64,000 nt of DNA, taken from contig JAPDFW010000022.1 in NCBI GenBank assembly GCA_028826165.1, positions 752,758-816,757 on the forward strand, written 5' to 3'. The DNA is from Anaeramoeba ignava BMAN. Lineage: Eukaryota; Protista; Anaeramoebae. Position 1 is the stretch's first letter, and each line of letters opens with the position of its first letter. Shown here one piece after another: positions 11,677 to 24,142 of the stretch. The notes under the pieces are model-generated. The model saw only the letters and a program-made list of their open reading frames with translations. It was not told the DNA's origin and ran no database searches. Position numbers and translations under genes: made by a program.

Positions 11677-13443
11677 TTAATTTTGATTATGATTATTAAA
11701 TTTGTTAATTAATAAATCAAATAAATTTGGATTTGTTTGATTTAATTGAAAATAATCAATTCCAATTTGAATTTCATCAATTATTTGTTGTGTAATTTGA
11801 ATTCCATCTTTAATTTGATTTGAATAAATCCAATATTCAAATATTTGAAATGATTTATTACTTAATTCACTATAATCTGTAACTTTATTTGATTTATCTT
11901 CTGTTACAGATAAAAACATTCCTCGATATAATTTACTTCTCATTATTAATATTAATTTTGGAAATTTATATTGTTTTTCTTTTCTTTCAATTATAAAATC
12001 TTTTTCATTTTCATTTTCATTTTCATTTAAATAAATTCTTTTCATTGTTTCTTCAATTTTTTCATTTGAATTTATAATTTCTTTAATTTCAGAATATAAT
12101 TTTGGATTTATTTTGGAATTGTTTGAATAAATCATTTCAAATATTTGATTTGATTCTTTAATTGATTTTTTTGAAATAATTTCTTGAAGTTTTTCAATTT
12201 CAATTTCATTTTGATTTAATCTATATTTCAATATTAATTTATGAGCTTTGATTATTTCTCCATTTTCTGTTTTAAATGAAATATCACAAAATTCTTTTCT
12301 TTCAAATAATTTTATCAAATCTTCTTCAAGATTGGAAAAAGAAGGAGGAGAATAATAAAGAAATGAATTGTTATATCTATAATTAACATGATAATTGGAA
12401 ATATCTTCATTAAATCTTAATTTAGGAAGTTCAATTTGAATTGGAATTAATTGATTATTTGTATTTCCATTTCCTAATTGACCAAATTCATTTCCAAATG
12501 TTATTAATTTCCCTTTGGAAGTTAAAATCAAAGCATTTTCATATCCACAAGAAAAATCAAGAATATTATCATTTTCAAATAAAGATGATTTGATTTCAGT
12601 AAATTCATTAGTAATTTTATTTTTACCAAGTCCATTATATACACAATATCCACATGAATAAAGTTTTCTTTTTGGATTTCGATTTTCATCTTCTTCTTCA
12701 ATCAACATTATTGAATGATTTAATTCACATTGAATATCAATTATTTTACCTTTTGGAATATTTTGTATTTTGGTTAATTTTCGGACTCCTTTTCTTATTG
12801 TTATTGATTCTGGTAATGCAACTTGATTAGTTTCATTATATCCGCATCCAAATAATTCTTGATTTGAATTTAAAAGAAAAACATAATAAGAAGAAATTCC
12901 TGAAAATATTTTAGAAACATTTTTCATCATTAAAATTGGTTTTTCTGTTTTATAAAGTGTTTCAGAATCAAAACCAAGTTGTCCATATTCATTTGAACCA
13001 ATTCCATAAACATTTTGATTTGAACTTAATAAGTAAATTGTATTATATCCAGAAACAATATCTTCAATTATTCTATCATTTGTATCTTCAATTAATGATG
13101 AAATATTGATAAATTCATCTGGATTTTGTGGATCTATATATTCTCCTTTGGCAAATACATTTCCTTCTATTGTTAAAATAGTTGTATTGTAAGCACCAAC
13201 AGTTACTTTTTGAATATTTTCAATTTGGATTTTATGAGGATTTTGAATTGAATATTCTGAATATTCGATTGCTTTTCCATTTTCAAAAAGTAAAATTATT
13301 GAAAAATTTCCTGTTGCAATTTGTTTAACTTCATTTTCATTTTCATTTTCATTTTCAAATTGAATTAATTTTGCTATTTCATCTGGTTTATTTTTTATAC
13401 GTATTGGTTTTTCATTTAAATTAAAAAATAAAAAATTTTTCAT
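11677..13443 (-). CDS. RCC1-repeat protein with C-terminal tandem BTB domains (588 aa, intronless)
   Basis: RCC1-like motifs VYGIGSNEYGQLG, LYSCGY, LITFGNEFGQLGNG; BTB motif FCDISFKTENGEIIKAHKLIL. Confidence 0.88.
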   Translation of the reverse strand: MKNFLFFNLNEKPIRIKNKPDEIAKLIQFENENENENEVKQIATGNFSIILLFENGKAIEYSEYSIQNPHKIQIENIQKVTVGAYNTTILTIEGNVFAKGEYIDPQNPDEFINISSLIEDTNDRIIEDIVSGYNTIYLLSSNQNVYGIGSNEYGQLGFDSETLYKTEKPILMMKNVSKIFSGISSYYVFLLNSNQELFGCGYNETNQVALPESITIRKGVRKLTKIQNIPKGKIIDIQCELNHSIMLIEEEDENRNPKRKLYSCGYCVYNGLGKNKITNEFTEIKSSLFENDNILDFSCGYENALILTSKGKLITFGNEFGQLGNGNTNNQLIPIQIELPKLRFNEDISNYHVNYRYNNSFLYYSPPSFSNLEEDLIKLFERKEFCDISFKTENGEIIKAHKLILKYRLNQNEIEIEKLQEIISKKSIKESNQIFEMIYSNNSKINPKLYSEIKEIINSNEKIEETMKRIYLNENENENEKDFIIERKEKQYKFPKLILIMRSKLYRGMFLSVTEDKSNKVTDYSELSNKSFQIFEYWIYSNQIKDGIQITQQIIDEIQIGIDYFQLNQTNPNLFDLLINKFNNHNQN

Positions 13444-13536
13444 TTTAGAAAAGAAAAAAATGAAAAAAATGTTTTCGTTAAATTTTTTAATTTCAATTTT
13501 TCATTTTTTTCTTGTTTTCTTGTTTTCTTTATTATT

Positions 13537-16500
13537 ATGGTTTTAGTTCAAATTAAAAATCTTTTTCAATTTTTTCAAAATTTAGTTAATTCTCAAGAAA
13601 AACAACCAATTTTAATTTTTGTTGCACCAGATTGTGATTCTATTTGTTCTTGTAAAATTCTTTCTGTAAATTTCCATTTCAAATCAAAATTAAAATTCAA
13701 AATACAAATTCAAACTTAAATTCAAAATTTAAAACAAAATTCAAATTAAAATTAAATTCAAAATTAAAATTCAAATTCAATTTAAATTAAAATTCAAATT
13801 CAATTTAAATTAAAATTTAAATTCAAATTCAAATTCAAATCAAAATTCAAAATCAAATTCAAATCAAAAATCAAATTCAAAAATTAAATTTAAAATTCAA
13901 ATCAAAATCAAAAACAAAATTCAAAATCAAATTCAAATTCAAATTCAAATTAAAATTAATATTAAAATCAAAATTAAAATTCAAAATCAAAAATTCAAAA
14001 TTAAAATTAAAATTAAAATTAATATTAAAATCAATTCAAAATTAAAATTCAATTCAAATTAAATTCAATTCAAAATTTAAATTAAAATTCAAATACAAAT
14101 TAAAATCAAAATTAAAATTAAAATTAATATTAAAATCAAAATCAAAATCAAATCAAATTAAAATTTAAATCTAAAAGTTTCTATTTCAAACAGAAATGAT
14201 CTCATATTCAATTCAACCAGTTGAAGGATATGATGAAATTGAAGAAATTACAAGTAAACTTCGAGATTCAGGAATTGTAAAAAAATTTTAAAAGAAAAAA
14301 AAAAGCGAATAACTTTTAATAAACTTCATATACAAATAACAAATAAAAAAATTTTATCAACAGATAAATCAAACAATCATTTGCATTAATTGTGGAGGAA
14401 ATTCAGATATTTATAAATTTTCCAATTCAGAACTTGATTGGAAATTCTTTATTTTTGATTCACATCGACCAATCCATTTAGAAAATGTTTTCTCCAAAGA
14501 TCAAGTATATGTTTTTGATGATGGTTCAATTCAATTAGCAATTCCAACACTTGAACCAGTAAATACTGAATTGATTTCACCATTTTTATCTAAAGAATTA
14601 GAGGAGGATTTATCATTTGAAAATGATGAAGATTTAGAAGATTCTGATTTTTCTGATATTGAAAATAATGAAAATATTGAAAATATTGAAAATTTAAGTG
14701 AAAATAATGAAAATAATGAAAATAATGAAAATATTGAAAATATTGAAAATTTAAGTGAAAATGAACAAAATTCTGATGATTTTGAACAAGAAATTATTTC
14801 TGTCAAACGAAGAAGAAAAAAAAAACCGAAAAAAAAAGATCAAAAAACAATGAAAATTTCTCCACTTATTGAAAATGATGAAGTTATTTCAGAATTAGAT
14901 AAATATAAGAAAAATAAGACTAATATTGAGAAGTATTATTCAACAACAACTTATGGATTAAGTACTTCCGTTATGCTTTATACTTTATCAACTCAACTTA
15001 ATCGTAAAAATCCAAAATTGCTTTGGTTTGCAATTCTTGGGTTAACAGAGCATTATTTATTAGAGAAAATTGGACATAGAGATTATTTAGAAATTGTAAA
15101 AGATTTTCAAGAAGAAGTTAGTTATTATTTTCCTGTGAATAATCCTGAAAAATCACAATCTTTAGATAGTTTAAGATTTGGAGATGAGTAATTTTATTTG
15201 GAAATTCATTTATAAAATTAAAATTATAATTAAAATTAATTTGAAATTAATTTATAAAATTAAAATTGAAATTAATTTATAAAATTTAAAAAATTAAAAT
15301 TGAAAATTATAAATTTATAAAATTGAAATTCATTTATAAAATTAAAATTAAAATTCATTTATAAAATTAAAATTAAAATTAAAATTCATTTATAAAATTA
15401 AAATTAATTTGAAATTAAAATTCATTTATAAAATTAAAATTAAAATTCATTTATAAAATTAAAATTAAAATTATCCTTTTTATTATATTTATAAAAAAAA
15501 AAAGATACCGCCTTATGCTTTTTAGACATTGGAATATCTATGAAAGTATGCTACATTCTTCTTTTGTTGCTAGTAGATTGGGAGTTTGGAAAGAATCAGG
15601 ATTTTCTAATCTTAATGTTATGTTAGCCAAAATGGGACTTCCATTAGATGAATGCAAACAAGATTATCAATCAATGAATTTGAAACTAAAAGAACAACTT
15701 CCACAAACATTCCGCAAATTTGCACCACAATTTGGTTTAAAAGGATTAATTTTCCCATCATTTTTTAAGAAATCAGCTTATGATGTTGAAGTTACTGCTT
15801 CGGATATTGTTTATTTAATCACATCTTTGATTGAATCAGCACATTTAAATATTCCTCAAATTTCTGATATAAATAAAAATTTCAATTCAAATGAATTTTC
15901 AACTCAAAATGAATTCTCAACTCAAAATGATTTCAAAATGGAAAATTTTTGGAAAGCTTATGATTCTCTTTCAAATTGTTCAAGTGATCTTTTTAAAAAT
16001 GGAATTCAGTTGGCTATTCGTATTCAAAAACAAATTGTTTCTGAAGGAATTAATTTAATTGAAAGACATTCAATCGTTTCTTCTCGTTCATTCAGACATG
16101 CTTATTTAACAGAATTATCAGGAGATCGTTTGTTCTTTAAAAGTGCAACTAATTTATCAAAACTTGGACATTTTCTTATTGATATTTTTCGAGTAAATTT
16201 ATTTAAAAATTTATTTAAAGATTTATTTCAAAATCGGATAAAAATTTATTTAAAAGTTTATTTAAAAATCGGATAAAAATTTATTTAAAGATTTATTTCA
16301 AAATCGGATAAAAATTTATTTAAAAATTTATTTAAAATATTTATTTTAAAAATTTATTTAAAAATTTATTTAAAATATTTATTTAAAAATTTATTTAAAT
16401 ATTTATTTAAAAATTTATTTCAAAATATATTTAAAAATTTATTTAAAAATTTATTTAAATATTTATTTCAAAATCGGATAAAAATTTATTTAAAATATTT

Positions 16501-17695
16501 ATTTAAAAATCTATTTAAAAATTTATTTCAAAATATATTTAAAAATTTATTTAATAATTTATTTAAAAATTTATTTAAAAATTTATTTAAAAATTTATTT
16601 AAAAATTTATTTAAAAATTTATTTAAAAAATTTATTAAAAAATTTATTTAAAAATCGGATAAAAATTATTTAAAATATTTATTTAAAAATTTATTTAAAA
16701 TATTTATTTAAATATTTATTTAAAATATTTATTTAAAAATCGGATAAAAATTTATTTAAAATATTTATTTAAAAATTTATTTCAAAAATATATTTAAAAA
16801 ATTTATTTAATAATTTATTTAAAAGTTTATTTAAAAATTTATTTAAAAATTTATTTAAAAATCGATAAAATTTATTTAAAATTTATTTCTTTAAAAATCG
16901 GATAAAAATTTATTTAAAAATTTATTTAAAAATCGGATAAAAATTTATTTAAAAATTTATTTAAAAATTTATTTAAAAGATTTATTTAAATATTTATTTA
17001 AATATTTATTTAAAAAATCGGATTTAAAAATTTATTTAAAAATTTATTTAAAAATTTATTTAAATATTTATTTAAAAAATATTTATTTCAAAATCTATTT
17101 AAAAATTTATTTAAAAATTTATTTAAATATTTATTTAAAAATTTATTTAAAAATTTATTTAAAAATTTATTTAAATATTTATTTAAAATATTTATTTAAA
17201 TATTTATTTCAAAATCGGATAAAAATTTATTTAAAAATTTATTTAAAAATTTATTTAAAAATTTATTTAAAAATTTATTTAAAAATTTATTTAAAAATTT
17301 ATTTAAAAATTTATTTAAAAATTTATTTAAATATTTATTTAAAAATTTATTAAAAAAATTAGCAATCAAAAAAAGAAGTCAAACCTTTAATTTTATCTTC
17401 TTTAATTAAAGAACAAAATATTTATCTTGTTGTTGGTGTTTCTGGAACTCGTAGTTTTGGAGATATTTCAAGAAAGTAAAGAATAAATTTTTATTATTGA
17501 TCTTTTTTAAAGAAAATTTAAATCTTTTTATTTTATTTTTTGTTGTTGTTTAGTAAATTTGGTCAAGCTTTTCTTAATGCAGCAACTCAAATAAAAGCAC
17601 AAATTAAAAGAGATCGTTTTGAATCATCTGTTATGGAAATTTCAATTGAAAATATGAAGAATTTTATGCAAGTTCTTCATACTTTACTTAATTAA
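13537..17695 (+). CDS. CDC45: Cell division control protein 45; exons 13537-13665, 14178-14276, 14364-15187, 15505-16192, 17363-17475, 17554-17695
   Basis: IFVAPDCDSICSCKIL, CINCGG, IFDSHRPIHLENV, LWFAILGLT, EYRLMLFRHWNIYESM, LAKMGLPL, NKFGQAF; GT-AG introns keep the frame. Confidence 0.95.
16193..17362. repeat. 12-nt satellite (AAAAATTTATTT)n with TCGGAT variants, filling a CDC45 intron
   Basis: Visible periodicity. Confidence 0.9.
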
Positions 17696-17802
17696 TTAAT
17701 TAATTAATTTTAATTGTAAAAAAAATTTTTTTTTTTAGAAGAATTTTTTTATTTTTTTTGCTTTTTTTTTTCATTTTTTTTTTTCATTTTTTTCCTTTCA
17801 AA

Positions 17803-18626
17803 ATGAATTCACAAGATAATGAAATTAAAATAAAACAAGAAAAACCTAAAATATTTATATTTCAAGATAATGGTTATGTTTGGGATCTTGAAAGTAAAAT
17901 TTCCTTTTAAATCAATTTACGAAAAATTTTTTTTTTTTGCTTTCTTTTCTTTTAAAAATTCTTTTTTGAAAATAAAATGTTTATTTACCAGGTTTAAAAA
18001 TTTTGAGAGAAAAACATCGCATTCTTGGCTCATTTCTTGGAACAACACCCCAATATCATTCTCAAAATGAATTTTTGGTTTTTCCAGTTCTTTTAATGAA
18101 AGAAGAACTTTTTCTTTGTGTTTCCAATGATTGGGTTGATTTATTTGAATGGGAAAAAAATGGATTGATCAAACAATTTGAAAATTTCGAAGAAGATGAA
18201 TTCCAAGTCAAACGGTTAAAAACAACAAGTTCATCTTTAATTGAAATCAAAACGACAAATGAAAACAAAACATATTCGAAAATTTCAAAAGAAAAAATTG
18301 GTTTTTTTAAATCAAAAGAAGAAAAAATGAGAGCAATTATTTTTCGCGATCTTTGGCAAAGAGGTTATTTTATAAGTTCTGGATTGAAATTTGGTGGAGA
18401 TTATCTTTTGTATCCAAATGATCCAGGTAAATTCCATGCTAGTCACATTGTAAAAGTAGTTTCTTCAGAAAACGTTTTAACTCCAAAATATTTGATTAGT
18501 TCTGGAAGACTTGGAACTTCTGTTAATAAAAAAGTTATTTTCGCTTCTGTTGATTTTTCTGATGAGAATAATGAAAAAAATTGTTTTCCCAAATATCTCT
18601 CTTTTAATTGGGCAGGCAAAATGTAA
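17803..18626 (+). CDS. TSEN34: tRNA-splicing endonuclease catalytic subunit Sen34; exons 17803-17893, 17992-18626
   Basis: LREKHRILGSFLGTTPQ, IFRDLWQRGYFISSGLKFGGDYLLYPNDPGKFHASH, GRLGTSVNKK (Y/H/K catalytic triad). Confidence 0.9.
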
Positions 18627-18784
18627 AACAAAAAAACAAGAGAAATTATTCAAAATTGAGCAAAATTTTTATTTTTATTTTTTAATCCAATTTTGATGAA
18701 TTTTTTTAAATTTAATTAAAATTCAATTATTCGATTTACGTTCTTTTTGGATTTATTTTTTAAAAATAGTTTTTTTTTTTAAAA

Positions 18785-19835
18785 AGAAAAAGAATTTCTT
18801 AAACAAATATTGAGTTTGAGTTGGAATTGAAAAATAAAAAGGAAAAAGAAATCTTAAAAAATATTGAGATTGAGTTGGAATTGAAAAAATAAAAGGAAAG
18901 GAAATCTTAAAGAATATTAAGATATTTAAATTAAGATTTCAATTCAAATTTAAAAAAGAAATCTTAAAGAATATTGAGATATTTCAATTAAGATTTCAAA
19001 TCAAATTTAAAATTTAAAAAAAGGAAATCTTAAAGAATATTGAGATATTTCAATTCAAATTTAAAAAGGAAATCTTAAAGAATATTGAGATATTTCAATT
19101 CAAATTTGAAATCAAATTCAAATTTAAAAAGGAAATCTTAAAAAATATTGAGATATTTCAATTAAGATTTAAATTCAAATTTAAAAAGGAAATCTTAAAG
19201 AATATTGAGATATTTCAATTTAAATTTAAAAAGGAAATCTTAAAGAATATTAAGATATTTCAATTCAAATTTAAAATCAAATTTAAAATCAAATTTAAAA
19301 GGAAAGGAATTTCTTAAACAAATATTGAGTTTGAGTTGGAATTGAAAAATAAAAGGAAAGGAAATCTTAAAGGATATTGAGATATTTCAATTCAGATTTA
19401 AAAAGGAAAAGAATTTCTTAAACAAATATTGAGTTTGAGTTGAAATTGAAAAAAAAAAGGAAAAGGAAATCTTAAAGAATATTGAGATATTTCAATTCAA
19501 ATTTAAAATAAAATTTAAAAAAAAAAGAGGAAAAGATATTTCTTAAACAAAAAGGAAGTTTGAATATTGAGATATTGAAAAATTAAAAAGAAAAATCTTA
19601 AAAATCTTAAAGAATATTTCAATTCAAATTTAAAATCAAATTTAAAATCAAATTTAAAAAGAAATCTTAAACAAAAGAGTTTAGTTGGAATTGAAAAAAA
19701 AAAGGAAAGGAAATCTTAAAGAATATTGAGATATTTCAATTCAAATTTAAAAAAGAAATCTTAAAGAATATTGAGATATTTAAATTAAGATTTAAAATCA
19801 AATTTAAAAAGAAAAAGAATTTCTTAAAGAATATT
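18785..19835. repeat. Complex intergenic repeat built on GAAATCTTAAAGAATATTGAGATATTTCAATT modules
   Basis: More than 15 imperfect copies with variable spacers. Confidence 0.8.
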
Positions 19836-20024
19836 AATTATATCTCTTAAAAATACAATTTATTTTTTTAAGAGATTTTTTACTTAATTTTTATTTTTAA
19901 TTTTAAATAAAAATCAACAAAAAAATTTTTTCCATTTTTTTCTTTTCTTTTCTTTCTTATTTTCTTTCTTCTTTTCTTTTTTTTTGGTTTTGATTTTAAC
20001 GAAAAAAAGAAAAATCAAATTTAA

Positions 20025-23000
20025 ATGAAAATATTTTATTATTTTTTCCTATTTCTTTTTATTCAAATTTTAACAACAAAACCATTTACTCCACCAATTT
20101 ATGAATTAAATCTAAGTCTTGGACCATATGATCGATGGAAAACAATTTTATCACATTATTCACAATCAAATTTCAATGTGATGAAAAATTTTTTAACTTC
20201 ACTTCCTACTTCAACTCAACAAACCTTTGATTCTTATTGGAATTCATATTTTACAAATCATGTTGGAGATATTTTTGGAAGTGAGATTTATCTTGAAATA
20301 CAATATATTAGTTTTGTTACCAATTTATCAATTAAAGAGGTTTTTGAATTGAATATTCTTTATGAATTGGAAACTTTTTGTAGTGTTTTGATTGGTGTTA
20401 ATGATAATGGTGTTCCTTGGTTGGGTTATAATCAGGAATCTGATGACCATAATTCTATTAGAAATCTTGCTATGTTGTTGAAAGTTACAAAAAGTGGTTC
20501 TACTTTGTTTTATGGTTTAACTTATCCGGGGTATTTTTTTAATTCAAATTCAAATATAATTTCAAATTTATATCAAATTTATATCAAATTTATATCAAAT
20601 CTATTTCAAATTTATATCAAATTTATATCAAATTTAAATCAAATTTATATTAAATTTATATCAAATTTATATCAAATTTAAATCAAATTTATATTAAATT
20701 TATATCAAATTTATATCAAATTTAAATCAAATTTATATCAAATTTATATCAAATTTATATCAAATTTAAATCAGATTTATATCAAATTTATATCAAATTT
20801 AAATCAAATTTATATCAAATTTATATCAAATTTATATCAAATTTAAATCAAATTTATATCAAATTTATATCAAATTTATATCAAATTTATATTAAATTTA
20901 TATCAAATTTATATCAAATTTAAATCAAATTTATATCAAATTTATATCAAATTTATATCAAATTTATATCAAATTTATATCAAATTTATATCAAATTTAA
21001 ATCAAATTTAAATCAAATTTAAATCAAATTTAAATCAAATTTAAATCAAATTTAAATCAAATTTAAATCAAATTTAAATCAAATTTATATCAAATTTAAA
21101 TCAAATTTATATCAAATTTATATCAAATTTATATTAAATTTATATCAAATTTATATTAAATTTAAATCAAATTTATATCAAATTTATATCAAATTTATAT
21201 TAAATTTAAATCAAATTTATATCAAATTTAAATCAAATTTAAATCAAATTTAAATCAAATTTAAATCAAATTTATATCAAATTTATATCAAATTTATATC
21301 AAATTTATATCAAATTTATATTAAATTTAAATCAAATTTATATTAAATCTATATTAAATCTATATCAAATTTATATTAAATTTAAATCAAATTTATATCA
21401 AATTTATATCAAATTTAAATCAAATTTATATCAAATTTATATCAAATTTAAATCAAATTTAAATCAAATTTATATTAAATTTATATCAAATTTATATCAA
21501 ATTTATATCAAATTTATATCAAATTTAAATCAAATTCATATCAAATTTATATCAAATCTATTTCAAATTTATATCAAATTTATATCAAATTTATATCAAA
21601 TTTAAATCAAATTTATATCAAATTTATATCAAATCTATTTCAAATTTATATCAAATTTATATCAAATTTATATCAAATTTATATCAAATTTATATCAAAT
21701 TTATATCAAATTTATATCAAATTTATATCAAATTTTATATCAAATCTATTTCAAATTTATATCAAATTTTAAATCAAATTTATATCAAATTTAAATCAAA
21801 ATTTATATCAAATTTAAATCAAATTTATATCAAATTTTATATTAAATTTAAATCAGATTTAAATTAAATTTATATCAAATTTATATCAAATTTATATCAA
21901 AATTTATATCAAATTTAAATTAAATTTATATCAAATTTATATCAAATTTATATCAAATTTATATCAAATTTATATTAAATTTATATCAAATTTATATCAA
22001 ATTTATATCAAATTCAAAATCAAATTTATATCAAATTTAAATCAAATTTATATCAAATTTATATCAAATTTATATCAAATTTATATCAAATTTAAATCAA
22101 ATTCAAATCAAATTTATATTAAATTTATATCAAATTTATATCAAATTTATATTAAATTTAAATCAAATTTATATTAAATCTATATTAAATCTATATCAAA
22201 ATTTAAATCAAATTTATATCAAATTTAAATCAAATTTATATCAAATTTAAATCAAATTTAAATCAAATTTAAATCAAATTTTAAATCAAATTTATATTCA
22301 TATCAAATTATATCAAATTTTATATCAAATTTATATCAAATTTAAATCAAATTTATATTAAATTTTAAATCAGATTTATATCAAATTTATATCAAATTTA
22401 AATCAAATTTATATCAAATTTATATCAAATTTAAATCAAATTTATATCAAATTTAAATCAAATTTATATCAAATTTAAATCAAATTTATATCAAATTTAA
22501 ATCAAATTTATATCAAATTTATATCAAATTTAAATCAAATTTATATCAAATTTATATCAAATTTATATCAAATTTATATCAAATTTAAATCAAATCTATA
22601 TCAAATTCAAATCAAATTTATATCAAATTTAAATCAAATTTATATCAAATTTAAATCAAATTTATATCAAATTTATATCAAATTTATATCAAATTTAAAT
22701 CAAATTTATATCAAATTTATATTAAATTTAAATAAAATTTATATCAAATTTATATTAAATTCAAATCAAATTTATATTAAATTTATATCAAATTTATATC
22801 AAATTTAAATTAAATTTATATCAAATTTATATCAAATTTAAATAAAATTTAAATCAAATTTAAATCAAATTTAAATCAAATTTATATTAAATTCAAATCA
22901 ATTTGATATTAAAATCAAAAAAGTCTTTTTGGAGTATTTTCAATATACAGAAATTCAAGTTTTGCAGCAGCATATACAACAAGAAACATATCAACAGGAA

Positions 23001-23899
23001 CACTTAGTGGAAATTTACTAGCAATCCAAAACGGGGCGTATCCAATATTATCATTACTTCGTGGAACAGGAGAAAACTGCACGACATTTTCACTTGCGAA
23101 CACGACACTTGCAACGAAAAAACTAGCATCACCCGCATATTTTGGAGTTATAGGAATCAACACAACTGATGGATCAAATAAAGCTCAAGCATCAATTTTA
23201 ATTCGAGATCGTGACACAATTTCTCAAGTGATTACTCCAGTTCGTTTAACGACAAATTGGTGGGCTTATCAAGACAACACAGACCCCTCAAAATCACCTC
23301 CTCCTGGAGATCTACGAAGATCTAAAGTAAATTCCTCAATGGTTCTTGCAGATCCACAAAAATGGAGTTTGGATTATTTGGTTCAATTTATGAATTTTTA
23401 TCCGATTAGATCTCAAAAAACCGTTTGGTATTTCGCTGCAATCCCGAATAATAACTCTTTACAAACCCAGATTGTCAAATGCAATCCTGTTTATAATTCT
23501 GCTTATATCGAAACTTCATGCACTATTTGTGACACTAATTGCAATCAAGGAAAATGTAATGAAGTTAAAGCTACTTGCACTTGCAATTCAGGTTTCAAAG
23601 GAACAAATTGTGATCAACTTTCCGTTTCGGAAACTTCTACAAGTTCAACAAAAGATGGATCTGCTCGCGCTCTTGGTGCAATTTCATTTATTGGTTTTCT
23701 TGCTATAACTTTTGTTATAATTTTTCAATGGTGGAAAAATAAAAGAGAAAACGATAATGAAGATAATGAAGATGAAGATGAAGATGATGATGAAGATGAG
23801 GATGATGATGATAATGAAGATCATAATGGTAAAGGTAAAGGTAAAGGTAAAGGTAATGAAAGTGATAGTGAAAATTCTGATTGGGTTGAACATATTTAA
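20025..23899 (+). CDS. Acid ceramidase/NAAA-like Ntn hydrolase with signal peptide, EGF-like domain, TM helix and acidic tail; exons 20025-20530, 22924-23899
   Basis: PPIYELNLSLGPYDRW, LNILYELETFCSV (autocleavage Cys), LASPAYFGVIG; CNQGKCNEVKATCTCNSGFKGTNC; TM ALGAISFIGFLAITFVIIF. Confidence 0.8.
20550..22900. repeat. 11-nt satellite (AAATTTATATC)n filling a 2.4-kb intron
   Basis: Visible periodicity. Confidence 0.95.
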
Positions 23900-24142
23900 A
23901 TCAAAATAATCCACAAAAAAAATCTTTAAATTGACTTTTCCTTTCTTTTCATGTTTTCTTTTTCTTTTTCTTTTTTCTTTTTTCTTTTTTCTTTTTAAAT
24001 AAATTAAAATCGGAAAATTCTCCTTTTTCTTTTTTTTATTTTTTTTCTCCTTTTTTTTAATTTAAAAAAATTTTTTTTTTTTCATTTTTTCTTTTTCATT
24101 TTTTTCTTTTTTCTTTTATTTTTTTTTTAGAATTAAACAAAA

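Noticed and set aside
18785-19835. Repeat with variable spacers, superficially CRISPR-like
   Set aside because: Eukaryotic context, degenerate repeats, spacers are themselves repetitive, no cas genes.
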